Part shown: positions 48,974 through 59,009 of the stretch, piece after piece | Layout: each line of letters starts with the position of its first letter | Position numbering within the stretch: position 1 is the stretch's first letter | NCBI GenBank assembly: GCA_965223265.1 | Contig: OZ244999.1 | Location: 3,872,001 to 3,936,000, forward strand | Origin: Planctomycetota bacterium | Lineage (GTDB): Bacteria; Planctomycetota; UBA8108; SXIK01 | Reading direction: 5' to 3' | DNA length: 64,000 nt | Notes under the pieces: generated by a model | What the model was told of the DNA's origin: nothing | Database searches by the model: none | What the model saw: the letters and a program-made list of their open reading frames with translations, nothing else | Program-made: the position numbers and the translations under genes

Positions 48974-49249
48974 GTGTCAGCCCGTTGACCTCGAGTCGAA
49001 TTCTCAGGTTGGCGAGAAACGGTACTCGGCGGCGTGGGTTGGTGGGCCTGAGGGTTTCTTGGTGCCGAATTCTCGCGACACTTGCTGCGCCATGCGCAGC
49101 TCTCCGGACGGCGATCGAGCCATCAACACCACGGCAGTCGGGCGCCGGATCGCGACGACAGTCCACAGAACCATTCCGTCAGCGGCTGGGACGTGACCAC
49201 CTGATCAGCGCCAGAGATCTGATCAGCGAAGAGATGCGGGGCCGCCGCT

Positions 49250-50518
49250 TCACGGACTCGTCGCGCCGTCGACACACGCCAGCTCGTCACTGATTCCGGA
49301 ATCCTCGCCAGGATACGGAAACGGACTCTCGGGCGCGGCACCCGAACGAAAGAGATGCCCGGCAAGAAACAGCGCGTCCGACACGTCAACAGCGCTGTCG
49401 TCGTTGACGTCCGCCGCGTCCGGGCATTCGAAAACTTCGCTGAGCGCGGCAATAGAGTCTTTGCCGCCGCCGACAAAAAGCCCATTGAGAATTGTCACCA
49501 CGTCAGCGAGATCAATCCGCCAGTCTCGATTGGAATCGCCGCGAACGAACAGTTCATCGCCGGAGACCACGCGAATCGTCATGGGACAAGCTCGAAACGG
49601 CTGCGCCGTGCCATCGCGCGAGAGCTCATTGACCAGCGCCGGGAAGCCATCAGCAGCAGGAACATCGGCAAAGCTGAGAATGATCTCCTCACCAACCGGC
49701 GCGTCGGGGCTGACGTCAAAAAGAAGGCGTCCAACAACACCGTTGTAAAACGACGGCAAAGGCTCGAATGGTGGCTGTAAGCCGATTCCAGCCGAGAAGG
49801 CAAACAACCCGTCGCTCGCCTGTCGGTCATACGGCAAGAAAAGCCCAGGCTCCACGCCGAGCTCGTCGAACACGGAGTCGGTGATCGAAACGGAACGCAT
49901 CGTCACGTGCTCAGGCGACACGCTGAGGCTGAGCGTGAAACCCTCAGTAGGTCCAGCGGTCGTGAGCAGGATGGGCACGCTCGCAGTCTGTCCCGGCATG
50001 ACCTTCACTTCACGGAGGAGTCGCACAAACTCAAGATCAGCGACACCGATGTCTTGGTCGCCGCAAGGTCCGCTGCGCGGCAGCCCACCGCCGCCACCAT
50101 CCCCTGCGAGAAGACCATCTTGCTCGAGATTGGCCGCGGAACGCTGACCGCAGGTGAGTCCATCAGGCGTTGGGTCTGTGCCGGCTTCGGCGCTGGGAGC
50201 CGGAATCAAGCCGCTTCGGAAAAACACACTGCCAATGAGGTAAAGTGGATCGACGAGGTCCAGCCGACCGGAATCGTCGACGTCAACGGCGTCCTCGCAA
50301 ACCACGGGAAACCCAAGGTGGAGGTGACGGAAGATCGCGAAAACGTCAGACAGCGTGACAGCGCCGTCGGCGTTTGCGTCGCCGCGAAGAAATGTAGGCT
50401 CCGCAGCACGTGCGGACGAACGGACAGAGGCTGCCAAGAAGGTGACAGCAACAGCAATCGCGACAGAGACGATCGCGCGCTCTCCACCCCTGCGCAGGAC
50501 ACAAGATCTCCAACGCAA
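49250..50518 (-). CDS. Secreted dockerin-like/cohesin-like/dockerin-like protein
   Basis: Signal peptide; FLRGDANADG...C.DAVDVDDSG...DPTPDGLTC; central beta-sandwich; FVRGDSNRD...CPDAADVNDD...PFPYPGED...LAC; start uncertain. Confidence 0.8.
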   Translation of the reverse strand: MRWRSCVLRRGGERAIVSVAIAVAVTFLAASVRSSARAAEPTFLRGDANADGAVTLSDVFAIFRHLHLGFPVVCEDAVDVDDSGRLDLVDPLYLIGSVFFRSGLIPAPSAEAGTDPTPDGLTCGQRSAANLEQDGLLAGDGGGGGLPRSGPCGDQDIGVADLEFVRLLREVKVMPGQTASVPILLTTAGPTEGFTLSLSVSPEHVTMRSVSITDSVFDELGVEPGLFLPYDRQASDGLFAFSAGIGLQPPFEPLPSFYNGVVGRLLFDVSPDAPVGEEIILSFADVPAADGFPALVNELSRDGTAQPFRACPMTIRVVSGDELFVRGDSNRDWRIDLADVVTILNGLFVGGGKDSIAALSEVFECPDAADVNDDSAVDVSDALFLAGHLFRSGAAPESPFPYPGEDSGISDELACVDGATSP

Positions 50519-50806
50519 ATCATACCCTCCCGTGTAGCAGCCGCTGAACTCGCGGCTCAGTGTATAGTAAGGGTCAAATTCTAGAGCTCATCCGGCGCCG
50601 CATCAAGCTTCGTCCGGCAACGTTTTCACTTGAGGCCGGCTGGAATTCGACTCGAGCTGATGTGGGCCCGGAACAAAAGTTCCGCGCGACCATCGGAAGT
50701 GTAAATCGAAGGTTCAATTTGGCGCCGAATCCAGGCCGGAAAGTTTTCTATAAGATATTTAAAATAAATAATTTACAACACTTCATCCAAGCCAAACAGA
50801 ACCCCG

Positions 50807-50822
50807 TGGCACGACCATTGCT
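50807..50822 (+). promoter_or_regulatory. Sigma54 (-24/-12) promoter with upstream IHF-like site and palindrome
   Basis: TGGCAC-GACCA-TTGCT consensus; AT-rich AATAAATAATTTA at 50763-50775; CGGAAC-AAAA-GTTCCG at 50669-50684. Confidence 0.75.
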
Positions 50823-50906
50823 TTTAATTGGACGGGTGGAAGTGGAGCCCTGAAACGGCCGCGGGGGCACAGGCGAGCGAGAAAAAAATGAAGTTCATGC
50901 GCCGTT

Positions 50907-53900
50907 TCAGGGAATCTTTTTGGAAACCCCTTCCTCAGAACCCTCGGGTTCTGCGGGCTCGAAACCGCGTCCCGGCGTGGACGGTCGAAGTTCGTGCTTG
51001 GCGATCAGCTGGCGCAAATAGCGTTCACTGATCCCGAGTGCGTGCGCGGCTTGGGGGACGTTTCCGTCAAACTCGTGGAGTGCGTCGAGAGCCAGCTGGC
51101 GCTCGGTCTCAAGACGTGCCTCTTTGAGCGTCGGAAGCTGTCTGGACGTCGACTCGCTCTGCAAAGGGACGCGGGGAGCCCGTATCACTTCTGGAGTCAC
51201 CTCGGCAGGCTGCTGGAGAAGCAGTCGAACGAGTTCGTTTTCAAGCTCGCGGACATTGCCGGGCCAGTCGTACTGCTGCCACAGCGTCAACACCTCGGGG
51301 TGTACAGCTGGGGACGGCGTGCCATGTTGAGCGCTGAGGTCTGCGATCAACAGGTTAACCAGCTCCGGAAGATCTTCGCGCCGCTGCCGCAAGGGCGGCA
51401 CGGTGAGCACCTCGCCGCTGAGGCGGTAGAAGAGATCCGATCGCAGTGTGGTACCGCTGGCCAAAACGCTGAGCGGCTGGCGACTGGAGGCTAACAGGCG
51501 AAAACTCACATCACGGTTCGAAGTGGCCCCGACTGGTCGCACGCGCCGGTCTTCGAGAACCTTCAAGATCTTTGCCTGAAGCGGCGCCGGAAACTCGGTA
51601 ACCTCATCGAGATACACGCTGCCGCCAGCCACCTGCTCAAAGATTCCGGGGCGATCCGCCGCCGCGCCGGTAAAGCTACCCCGCGCGAAGCCGAAGAGCT
51701 CCGCCTCGATCAAATTCTCCGATAGGTTGCAGACCTCGCTGAAGAACGGCAGTTCCCGGCGGCCGCCGAGCGCGTGGATCGCTCGCGCCACCAGGTCTTT
51801 CCCCGTCCCGCTCTCCCCGACGATGAGCACCGGAAGGTCGTGCTGAGCTACCCGCGAGACTCCATCGAGAAGCTCTTGCATGCGAGGAGAGCGACCGACG
51901 AGACGTCTTAACCACCCGCCGCCGGCAAGGACGCTCGTCTCCAGCTCACGCGTGGCACACTGCAGCTCCCGTCGCTGAGTCAACAGCTCAGTTTCAAGGT
52001 CCGACCGGCCGCTGGCAAGCATCTCGTTCAAGCGTCGCAGCTCATCCTCAGCTCGCGCCAACGCTGACTCCCGTTCGCGTAGGTTACTGCGCGTCGCGTG
52101 ATGCGACAGCACAGAACCAACAAGCAGGCCAGCAAGCAGGCAGGATCGACGCGTCTCAGGGTGCAGGGCGAGCTCTTCGCCGCCAAACTCGAAAACGACC
52201 TCGCGGCCGCGGATCCACTCTGTCGAGACGAATCGGCCACAGGTCTCAACGTCGCCTGACTCACGAGACGAGGCCCCACCACAGTGCTGCGCGAAGCGGC
52301 GCCAGTCCGCCGCCGGGGGCGCCGAGTACTCCAGACGACGCTCAGAACGACCGCCTGAGAAGACGAAGACAGCAGACGCTGCTAACCGCTGCTTCAGTCC
52401 GTCGAGAAAACCCTCAATTTCCGCCGCGCCCACGGAGTCGGGGAGAACTGTAGCTGCGAAGAGCGATGAGATCTCGGACGAGAGATTCGTTGCGGCGTCG
52501 GATCGGCTCGCGACGGCGCCCACGGCGCGCGGTGGCGTAGCATTCGTCAGCCCCCAAAACGTCTCAAAATCCGCTCGATCGGAATCGATCAGCCTCTGAG
52601 CGAGTCTCTGCCCAACTGTGAACTTCAGCCACTCCACTCGCCGTTGCACATCCGATGCCAGTCGGCGTCCTTCGACGAGCGCATGAGTGACAACGAACGC
52701 TTCCCACACATCCCCACGGGCAACGCCTGCCTGCAGCGCTCGAGTTAACTCCTCTCCTACAGACCCCGCGTCTCCTTCGAAGGACATCGCACCCGATAGC
52801 AAGGCCACGACGTCACGAGTCAACGCTTCGCGCTCCATCTCACTCAGCTCGCTGCGACGCCGCAGCCAACTGCGCGCAAAGTGACGTCGACCGCGGCTTA
52901 CGAGATAGAGCAGGAGGTTCAGCTGGCCAATGCGCAGATGGGTCAAGTCGTTTGTTGCTCGACTGGCGGCGATCCCTCGTCGCAAGTATTTGACCGCGAG
53001 CGACTCGTTCCCCGCAACGAGCTCGAGCTGGCCGAGGCTGAGCGCACTGTAGCCAACGCCGCGCAAATCTCCGGCAATTTCGGCCGCTTGTAACGAGGAC
53101 TCGATCAAACTTCTTCCTTCGTTGAGCGCGCCGCAGCCCCACTGGACTCGACCTGAAAGACACCGTGTGAGTCGCTCGAGAAAAACACTGGAGATGTCGG
53201 CGGCGCGGCGAGAGGCGGCGGCGCAGTGCCGCCGCGCCTTGCGTAAGTGTCCGAGATTCAGATAAATCTCACCGAGATTGTTGTGCGCCAAGACGAGATC
53301 GTTCGGACGCGTTGCAACGGTGGGGCGCAGGACGCGCTTGTAGAGTCTCATCGCGTCCAATAGTCGACCGCGCTCCCTCAAGACTCCCGCGAACCCAAGC
53401 CAGACAGTGGTCACCAAGGTGTGTCGACCGATCTCATCCGACAACGCACGTGCGCGATGAAAGAGCGATTCCGCTTCGTCAAGCTCGCGCCGTCGATAGT
53501 GAATCACAGCTCGATTGTAAACCGCACGCAGCGCTAAGACCCGGTCGCCCCGTCCACGTGCCAGTTCCTCGAGCTCTCTAAAGGACTCTTGCGCTTCATT
53601 CCACCTGCGTTTCTTGACATGAAGAATGCCGAGCTCGTTGAGCGCTGAACTCAGCACGTCGGGACGCCCGCTTTGACGCACCTCTTCAAGGTTGTGAGCC
53701 AAGGCTTCGACGAAGGGGCCGTCGTCACCATGGACTCCGAGGGCTTCAGCGTACAAGAAGAGCGTCCGGGTCCCTGAGAGCTGGCGGAGAGCTGGCGGCA
53801 GCCCCGAGAAGAGACGCAAAAACTCACTAGCTTTCTCCAGATGATGGGCGCCGCTGTCGACGTCACCGAGCGCAAAGCAAGTCGGGGCTAGTCGCGCATG

Positions 53901-56237
53901 CCACTCGTGAGCCGCGAGTCTCTCAATCAGCGCGTCGCCGCGCGCACACTCACGTTCCAGCGCGTCCTCCAGTACATCGTGCGCCTCCGCCGTGCGCCCG
54001 TTTGCACGCAGCGCTTCGAACGCGAGGCGAGCCGCCTGCCGTTGAAACCAAACTGGCGAGATGCGATCGCGATCCAAGGCCGTCAACACGTCGTCGAATC
54101 GGGACAGACGAAAGTAAGCTTGCGCCAATCGCAGTCGGAGAACAAACGACCGCCCGTCTGTCGTCGCCTGAAGCGCGTCACGACCACCGCAGCGCTCCGT
54201 CGCCGCAACGAACTCGGCGTCCAATTGGCGATGCAAAAGCCTCGAGGCGACTCGGCTGAGCTGCCGCATTGCGGCCTTAGGTGCTCCGAGCGCGGCAGTG
54301 TTTTCTGCATAGATCAGAAGCTCTCGACATGAGAGGTGCCGCGTCGCGCCCGGCTTGGGTTGAAAGTAGGTCGCGATTTGCTGGCGCAGACGCAACCATT
54401 CCTTCGGCTCAAGCAACTCCGCATGCTCGGAAACGCGCACGGTCGCCTCAAACTCCGGACGCTCGGGAGTGCCGACCAGCCGACAGACACCGTGAGCGCG
54501 CAGCGAATCAAGAGACGAGCGCCAATCCAGAGAGGTCTCGTGTGGAAAGTATTCGATCAACTGTTCGAGCGTCGCACGTTCACGTACGAGCAGCAGTGCA
54601 CCCAACACGACTTTCTCAGCTTTCGACAGAGACTCGGCGAGGGACGTCTCCACGTTGACGAGTCGGTCAGGAAGCTCTCGAGGTACGCGAAGATGTCCGA
54701 ATGAGTCGACCTGCAGCCCGAGCTGCTCTAGCCGAGCCAACGCCTGAAAGACGCGCTGTGGTAGTCCTTCTGACTCAGCCTCGAGACGCTTTATGAGCCA
54801 ATCAGGAGCCTCGTCGACAAGAAAGAACTCGCGCACGATAGCGCGGATCTCCGCCGATCCAAGAGGATCGAGATGAAGTATCTGGACTCCTGCGGGCGGC
54901 GCAGCAGCAGTGGCGAGAGCGCGCGCCAAATTCTTCGTCGCAATGAGCAACCGCGGCGATTTACGGTTCCCATCGAAGCGCTGACGGGAGGCAACCGCGC
55001 GAACGAACAAACGAGCCGGCGAGTTCGAAGGATCGTCCGAAGCTGAATCCTTCGACGAAGCGTCGAACACGTCACTCAGTAAAATGACCACGGATCTCTT
55101 GCGAAGACGCAGAAGCACGTCAGCAACGTCATCCTCTTTCGACGACAAACTCGACGATGGCGAAGGTTCATCGAGCTCACCAGCGAAACGCTGCACGGCA
55201 CGGAAGGTCTCCACGTCGTCCCAATGCTTGAAAGAAAAGACATGTAGACCTTCCATCTGAAGGCGGCCCGCGATCGCTTCAAGAAAAGCTCCGTGGCCAC
55301 TTCCTTCCGGTCCGACGACCAGATGCACTCGATCGGCGACCTCCACGACACGTCGCGCGCAGCTCGGGACGAGCGCTGCACGCCCGGCGAACCACAGATG
55401 TTGACGCCACTCCCCGCCGGTCGTCGTTCGACGCACGGCAACTCGCTCCTGCAGAACGTCGAGTGCCTCCCTCGCCCTCAGGAAGCGGCGAGGCCCAGAC
55501 ACGCTCGTCAGTCGCTCGACCAGGTCATTCAGTACGGGCGAGACGTCGTGAATGATTTGACGAAGCTGCGCCGGCCGACCAGCACGATGCCACTGCTCAA
55601 GGCCCGCACGATCGCCAAGTCGAAACGGAAGCCGCGCTGCGACCACGTGATAGAGCGACATACCGAGCGCGTAAAGATCGAGGTTCACATCACCGGCATC
55701 GACACGTGCTCGGTCCGGCTGGTACGCCGGGGTACCGCCGGCGACGGCGGCTTCGTTCATGCGATAGTGCTGCGACGTACCGAAGTCGATGAGACGCAGA
55801 CGCCCCTGCGGCGATTCGTTCGAAGTCTGGACGAGAAGGTTGGTCGGTTTCACGTCATGGTGCAGGATACCCCGGTGATCCAGATAGGCGAGCGCCGCGA
55901 GCGCGTCCGCCGCAATCTGAAGAATCCACTGCTCCCGCGCGCTCGCATCGACCCTTTGGAACGCCTGAAAAAGGTTTCCGCCGCCCACATAGTCGCTGGT
56001 GTAGTACGGGCCTGTCGACGTTTCTCCGTAGTCATGGACTCGTGCGATGTTCGGGTGAAACAGGTCGAAGAGCGTCGCGAATTCGGCAGCAAGGGCGGAC
56101 GCAGGAAACGCGAGATTGCGGAGGCGCTTCAGAGCCACGGGGGTGTTGGCTCGTTCTCGATCGAGCGCCAGAAACACCTCACCGTGCGCCCCGCCACCCA
56201 AAGATTTCACGATGTTGTAACGACGTGGGAGGCTCAT
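50907..56237 (-). CDS. Ser/Thr kinase - degenerate NTPase - TPR - sigma54 interaction (AAA+) - Fis HTH transcriptional activator
   Basis: GGGAHGEV, VALK, HHDVKPTN, DFG; GPEGSG; TPR block; GESGTGKD, ELFG..RGSFTGA, LDEV, R.DLFYRL, PPLR.R.ED, WPGNVREL; C-terminal HTH. Confidence 0.92.
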   Translation of the reverse strand: MSLPRRYNIVKSLGGGAHGEVFLALDRERANTPVALKRLRNLAFPASALAAEFATLFDLFHPNIARVHDYGETSTGPYYTSDYVGGGNLFQAFQRVDASAREQWILQIAADALAALAYLDHRGILHHDVKPTNLLVQTSNESPQGRLRLIDFGTSQHYRMNEAAVAGGTPAYQPDRARVDAGDVNLDLYALGMSLYHVVAARLPFRLGDRAGLEQWHRAGRPAQLRQIIHDVSPVLNDLVERLTSVSGPRRFLRAREALDVLQERVAVRRTTTGGEWRQHLWFAGRAALVPSCARRVVEVADRVHLVVGPEGSGHGAFLEAIAGRLQMEGLHVFSFKHWDDVETFRAVQRFAGELDEPSPSSSLSSKEDDVADVLLRLRKRSVVILLSDVFDASSKDSASDDPSNSPARLFVRAVASRQRFDGNRKSPRLLIATKNLARALATAAAPPAGVQILHLDPLGSAEIRAIVREFFLVDEAPDWLIKRLEAESEGLPQRVFQALARLEQLGLQVDSFGHLRVPRELPDRLVNVETSLAESLSKAEKVVLGALLLVRERATLEQLIEYFPHETSLDWRSSLDSLRAHGVCRLVGTPERPEFEATVRVSEHAELLEPKEWLRLRQQIATYFQPKPGATRHLSCRELLIYAENTAALGAPKAAMRQLSRVASRLLHRQLDAEFVAATERCGGRDALQATTDGRSFVLRLRLAQAYFRLSRFDDVLTALDRDRISPVWFQRQAARLAFEALRANGRTAEAHDVLEDALERECARGDALIERLAAHEWHARLAPTCFALGDVDSGAHHLEKASEFLRLFSGLPPALRQLSGTRTLFLYAEALGVHGDDGPFVEALAHNLEEVRQSGRPDVLSSALNELGILHVKKRRWNEAQESFRELEELARGRGDRVLALRAVYNRAVIHYRRRELDEAESLFHRARALSDEIGRHTLVTTVWLGFAGVLRERGRLLDAMRLYKRVLRPTVATRPNDLVLAHNNLGEIYLNLGHLRKARRHCAAASRRAADISSVFLERLTRCLSGRVQWGCGALNEGRSLIESSLQAAEIAGDLRGVGYSALSLGQLELVAGNESLAVKYLRRGIAASRATNDLTHLRIGQLNLLLYLVSRGRRHFARSWLRRRSELSEMEREALTRDVVALLSGAMSFEGDAGSVGEELTRALQAGVARGDVWEAFVVTHALVEGRRLASDVQRRVEWLKFTVGQRLAQRLIDSDRADFETFWGLTNATPPRAVGAVASRSDAATNLSSEISSLFAATVLPDSVGAAEIEGFLDGLKQRLAASAVFVFSGGRSERRLEYSAPPAADWRRFAQHCGGASSRESGDVETCGRFVSTEWIRGREVVFEFGGEELALHPETRRSCLLAGLLVGSVLSHHATRSNLRERESALARAEDELRRLNEMLASGRSDLETELLTQRRELQCATRELETSVLAGGGWLRRLVGRSPRMQELLDGVSRVAQHDLPVLIVGESGTGKDLVARAIHALGGRRELPFFSEVCNLSENLIEAELFGFARGSFTGAAADRPGIFEQVAGGSVYLDEVTEFPAPLQAKILKVLEDRRVRPVGATSNRDVSFRLLASSRQPLSVLASGTTLRSDLFYRLSGEVLTVPPLRQRREDLPELVNLLIADLSAQHGTPSPAVHPEVLTLWQQYDWPGNVRELENELVRLLLQQPAEVTPEVIRAPRVPLQSESTSRQLPTLKEARLETERQLALDALHEFDGNVPQAAHALGISERYLRQLIAKHELRPSTPGRGFEPAEPEGSEEGVSKKIP

Positions 56238-56328
56238 TCGGATGACGCGCCGACCAGCAGAAACGAAAAACGCAGACTCCGCGTACGATTATACCAGCTC
56301 CATCCGCGTCGACCCGGCGAGCATCGGC

Positions 56329-57246
56329 TCAGTTGTTCGTCGTGCCGGCACCGGCGGTCTTCGCCGATCGCGCGTGAAAGAATTGCTGGGCCGACTCGAG
56401 AAACGCTCGCGCCGCGTGGGAGAGCCGCTTGTCCTTGCGATGCACGACAGCGGATCGAATGACGAGACGCTTGGATAGCGGCACAACGGCGAGACGATCT
56501 CGACTTGAGTCGACAGCGGTTTCAGGAATCAACGAGACTCCCAGCCCGATCTCCACGTAGCGTTTGATAATCTCGAAGTTGCTCAGCTCCATCGCTCCGA
56601 TAGTCGACACACCCGCGCCTTCAAGCCCTTCCACGATCAAACGCTTCGTCGCGCTACCGGGCTCAAGCATGATGAATCGTTCCTTGCGCAGCGCGCTGAA
56701 CGACACCTTCCGGCGATTCGCCAGCGCGTGGGTTGGCGCGACGATACAACACAGCCGCTGTTCAAAGAGCGGAAGGACTTCGAGCCGATCGTCATTGACC
56801 GGCATCGTCGCGATGCCAATGTCGACGGTGCGCCCCAGAACACGCTCAACGACACCGGAAGAAAACGTACTGGCGATCGTCACTTCGATGCCGGGATGCT
56901 CTCGGACAAAACTGCCGACGAGATCAGGCAACAGGTGAATGCTTGTCGTGTCGCTGGCGCCGAGCGACAGCCGCCCCCTGTCGAGGCTCTTGAGGTCATC
57001 GACCAACCTCTGGACCTCTTCCAACTTACCGACAACCTCGGCCGCCTCCCGCAGAAGAATCTCTCCAGCCGGGGTCAAGCGAATCGTTCGCCCTCGACGT
57101 TCGAAGAGCTGCTCACCGAGTTCTTTCTCGAGTGCCTTGACTTGCAAGCTAATCGCCGGCTGCGTCAGGTACAGCCGACCCGCCGCCTCCGTGAAGCTGC
57201 CACACTTCGCCACGTAGTAGAAGCCCTTGAGCTGATCGTACTCCAT
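56329..57246 (-). CDS. LysR family transcriptional regulator
   Basis: MEYDQLKGF..VA..GSFTEAA..L.LTQPAIS.Q.K.LE.ELG..LF.R...LT.AG; start reset to 57246. Confidence 0.93.
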   Translation of the reverse strand: MEYDQLKGFYYVAKCGSFTEAAGRLYLTQPAISLQVKALEKELGEQLFERRGRTIRLTPAGEILLREAAEVVGKLEEVQRLVDDLKSLDRGRLSLGASDTTSIHLLPDLVGSFVREHPGIEVTIASTFSSGVVERVLGRTVDIGIATMPVNDDRLEVLPLFEQRLCCIVAPTHALANRRKVSFSALRKERFIMLEPGSATKRLIVEGLEGAGVSTIGAMELSNFEIIKRYVEIGLGVSLIPETAVDSSRDRLAVVPLSKRLVIRSAVVHRKDKRLSHAARAFLESAQQFFHARSAKTAGAGTTNN

Positions 57247-57721
57247 GTCCGTCCACCGATTGATCCTGTCGAGAAGATGCCACGCCCGCCCGGCGGACCC
57301 CCGCTCGGCGGCGCTCACCAAGCGTACGCCGGCGTGCAGCAGCCATTCTGCCAGACAAACGCAGCTGCTGAAAGACTCCCACGAAGAGCTCGCTCGGAGC
57401 GCCGCCCACGCTATGAGCGACGATGGGTCGCTGCCGACGCAGCGAGCGTCATCTTCTCGGTGAATAGAAACCCGCTTGACAGGGAAACCGCGGCGTCTGT
57501 CTACTGGCGCCGCTGACCGAGAGTTGCCGTTGGCGTCGGCGCGGCCAGACAATTCACCGGGATCGAACCCGCAAGCAAGCAACATGCGCCGCGGTGGCCA
57601 GAGAAAAGCAGCTCGGCGCGTGGAGTGTACGTGCACCCCCGCGTTCGAATCCGCCGACGTGCCGTTATTTCGCAACGCGAGGGCCTCGCGAACGCTCCCT
57701 GCGCCGATAAGATAGAGGTCC

Positions 57722-58810
57722 ATGATCGAATCGAATCTCCACAACGGCACGAATACGTCGGCCGTCGAAACCGCGCCCTCGGGCGACACAACGAACACCA
57801 AGCGCCGCGCTTTGATCACCGGCATCACGGGGCAGGACGGCTCCTATCTCGCGGAGTTCTTGTTGGGTCGAGGTTACACCGTCGCCGGACTGGTTCGGCG
57901 CCATAGTGAACCTCGCTTTCAGCGCATAACACACCTACTCGAACGGCTGGAGCTGATCGCCGGCGACGTCACCGACGCCAGCGCGGTACTGCGCGCCGTC
58001 GATTCATTTCGCCCGACAGAAATCTACAACCTCGCGGCACAATCGTCCGTGCCGGAGTCGTGGCGACAGCCCTACTTGACCGGTCAGGTCACTGGGCTCG
58101 GAGTGATGCACCTGCTGGAGGCGATTCGCAACGTCGACCCGTCGATCCGTTTTTACCAGGCGTCGTCGAGCGAGATGTTCGGCAATGCACCGCAGTCGCC
58201 GCAGCACGAACGGACGCCTTTTCGTCCTCGTTCTCCATATGGTGCCGCCAAAGTCTACGCCCATCACTTGACCGTGAACTACCGCGAAAGCTACGACCTC
58301 TACGCCGCTTGTGGCATCCTCTTCAACCACGAGTCGCCGCGACGAGGCATCGAGTTCGTCACCCGCAAGGTCACGCAGGCGGCAGCCAAGATCAAGCTGG
58401 GACACGAAACACGTCTGGCAATGGGAAACCTGGACGCCGAACGTGATTGGGGCTATGCCGGCGACTACGTTCGTGCTATGCACCTCATACTCCAGAATCC
58501 CGACCCTGACGACTTCGTCGTCGCGACAGGACAGTCGCACTCTGTGCGTGAACTTCTCGAAATCGCTTTTCGCCATGTTGGACTCGATTGGCAAGATCAT
58601 GTGGTGACAGATGCACGGTTTCTTCGGGCGACGGATGTCGACTGCCTGGTCGGTGATGCAGCGAAGGCGTGTGAGACCCTCGGGTGGACTCCGCGCCTCG
58701 GATTCGGGCGCATGATCGAAGGCATGGTGGACTACGATCTCGCCCTTCTAGCCCCGGATCAAGGGGATCCATTGAAGCTACAGCGGTTAGAAGACTTAGC
58801 AGCTTGTTGA
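57722..58810 (+). CDS. gmd: GDP-mannose 4,6-dehydratase
   Basis: ALITGITGQDGSYLAE, YNLAAQS, YQASSSEMFG, PRSPYGAAK, FNHESPRRG.EFVTRK, RDWGYA. Confidence 0.95.
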   Translation: MIESNLHNGTNTSAVETAPSGDTTNTKRRALITGITGQDGSYLAEFLLGRGYTVAGLVRRHSEPRFQRITHLLERLELIAGDVTDASAVLRAVDSFRPTEIYNLAAQSSVPESWRQPYLTGQVTGLGVMHLLEAIRNVDPSIRFYQASSSEMFGNAPQSPQHERTPFRPRSPYGAAKVYAHHLTVNYRESYDLYAACGILFNHESPRRGIEFVTRKVTQAAAKIKLGHETRLAMGNLDAERDWGYAGDYVRAMHLILQNPDPDDFVVATGQSHSVRELLEIAFRHVGLDWQDHVVTDARFLRATDVDCLVGDAAKACETLGWTPRLGFGRMIEGMVDYDLALLAPDQGDPLKLQRLEDLAAC

Positions 58811-59009
58811 AGGAAATGCCTCGAGACAAAACTGGTCTCTTCGCGTCCATTGAGCTGCAGGCGACGGCGCCGACAGCTCCGCGACGCAAGGAGCCCCCTT
58901 CGGACACAGTAGATTGAAAAGTTGCGGCTAATTTGCCGAAGAAGTGAAGGAAGAGGTGGGCTACAGTTCGCCCAGTTCGTAGCAAGCCGCTTGCAAGAGG
59001 AGATCCCAC

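Noticed and set aside
57247-57828. N-terminal extension of the LysR ORF
   Set aside because: It overlaps the gmd start on the other strand, and the LysR HTH begins at the ATG at 57246.
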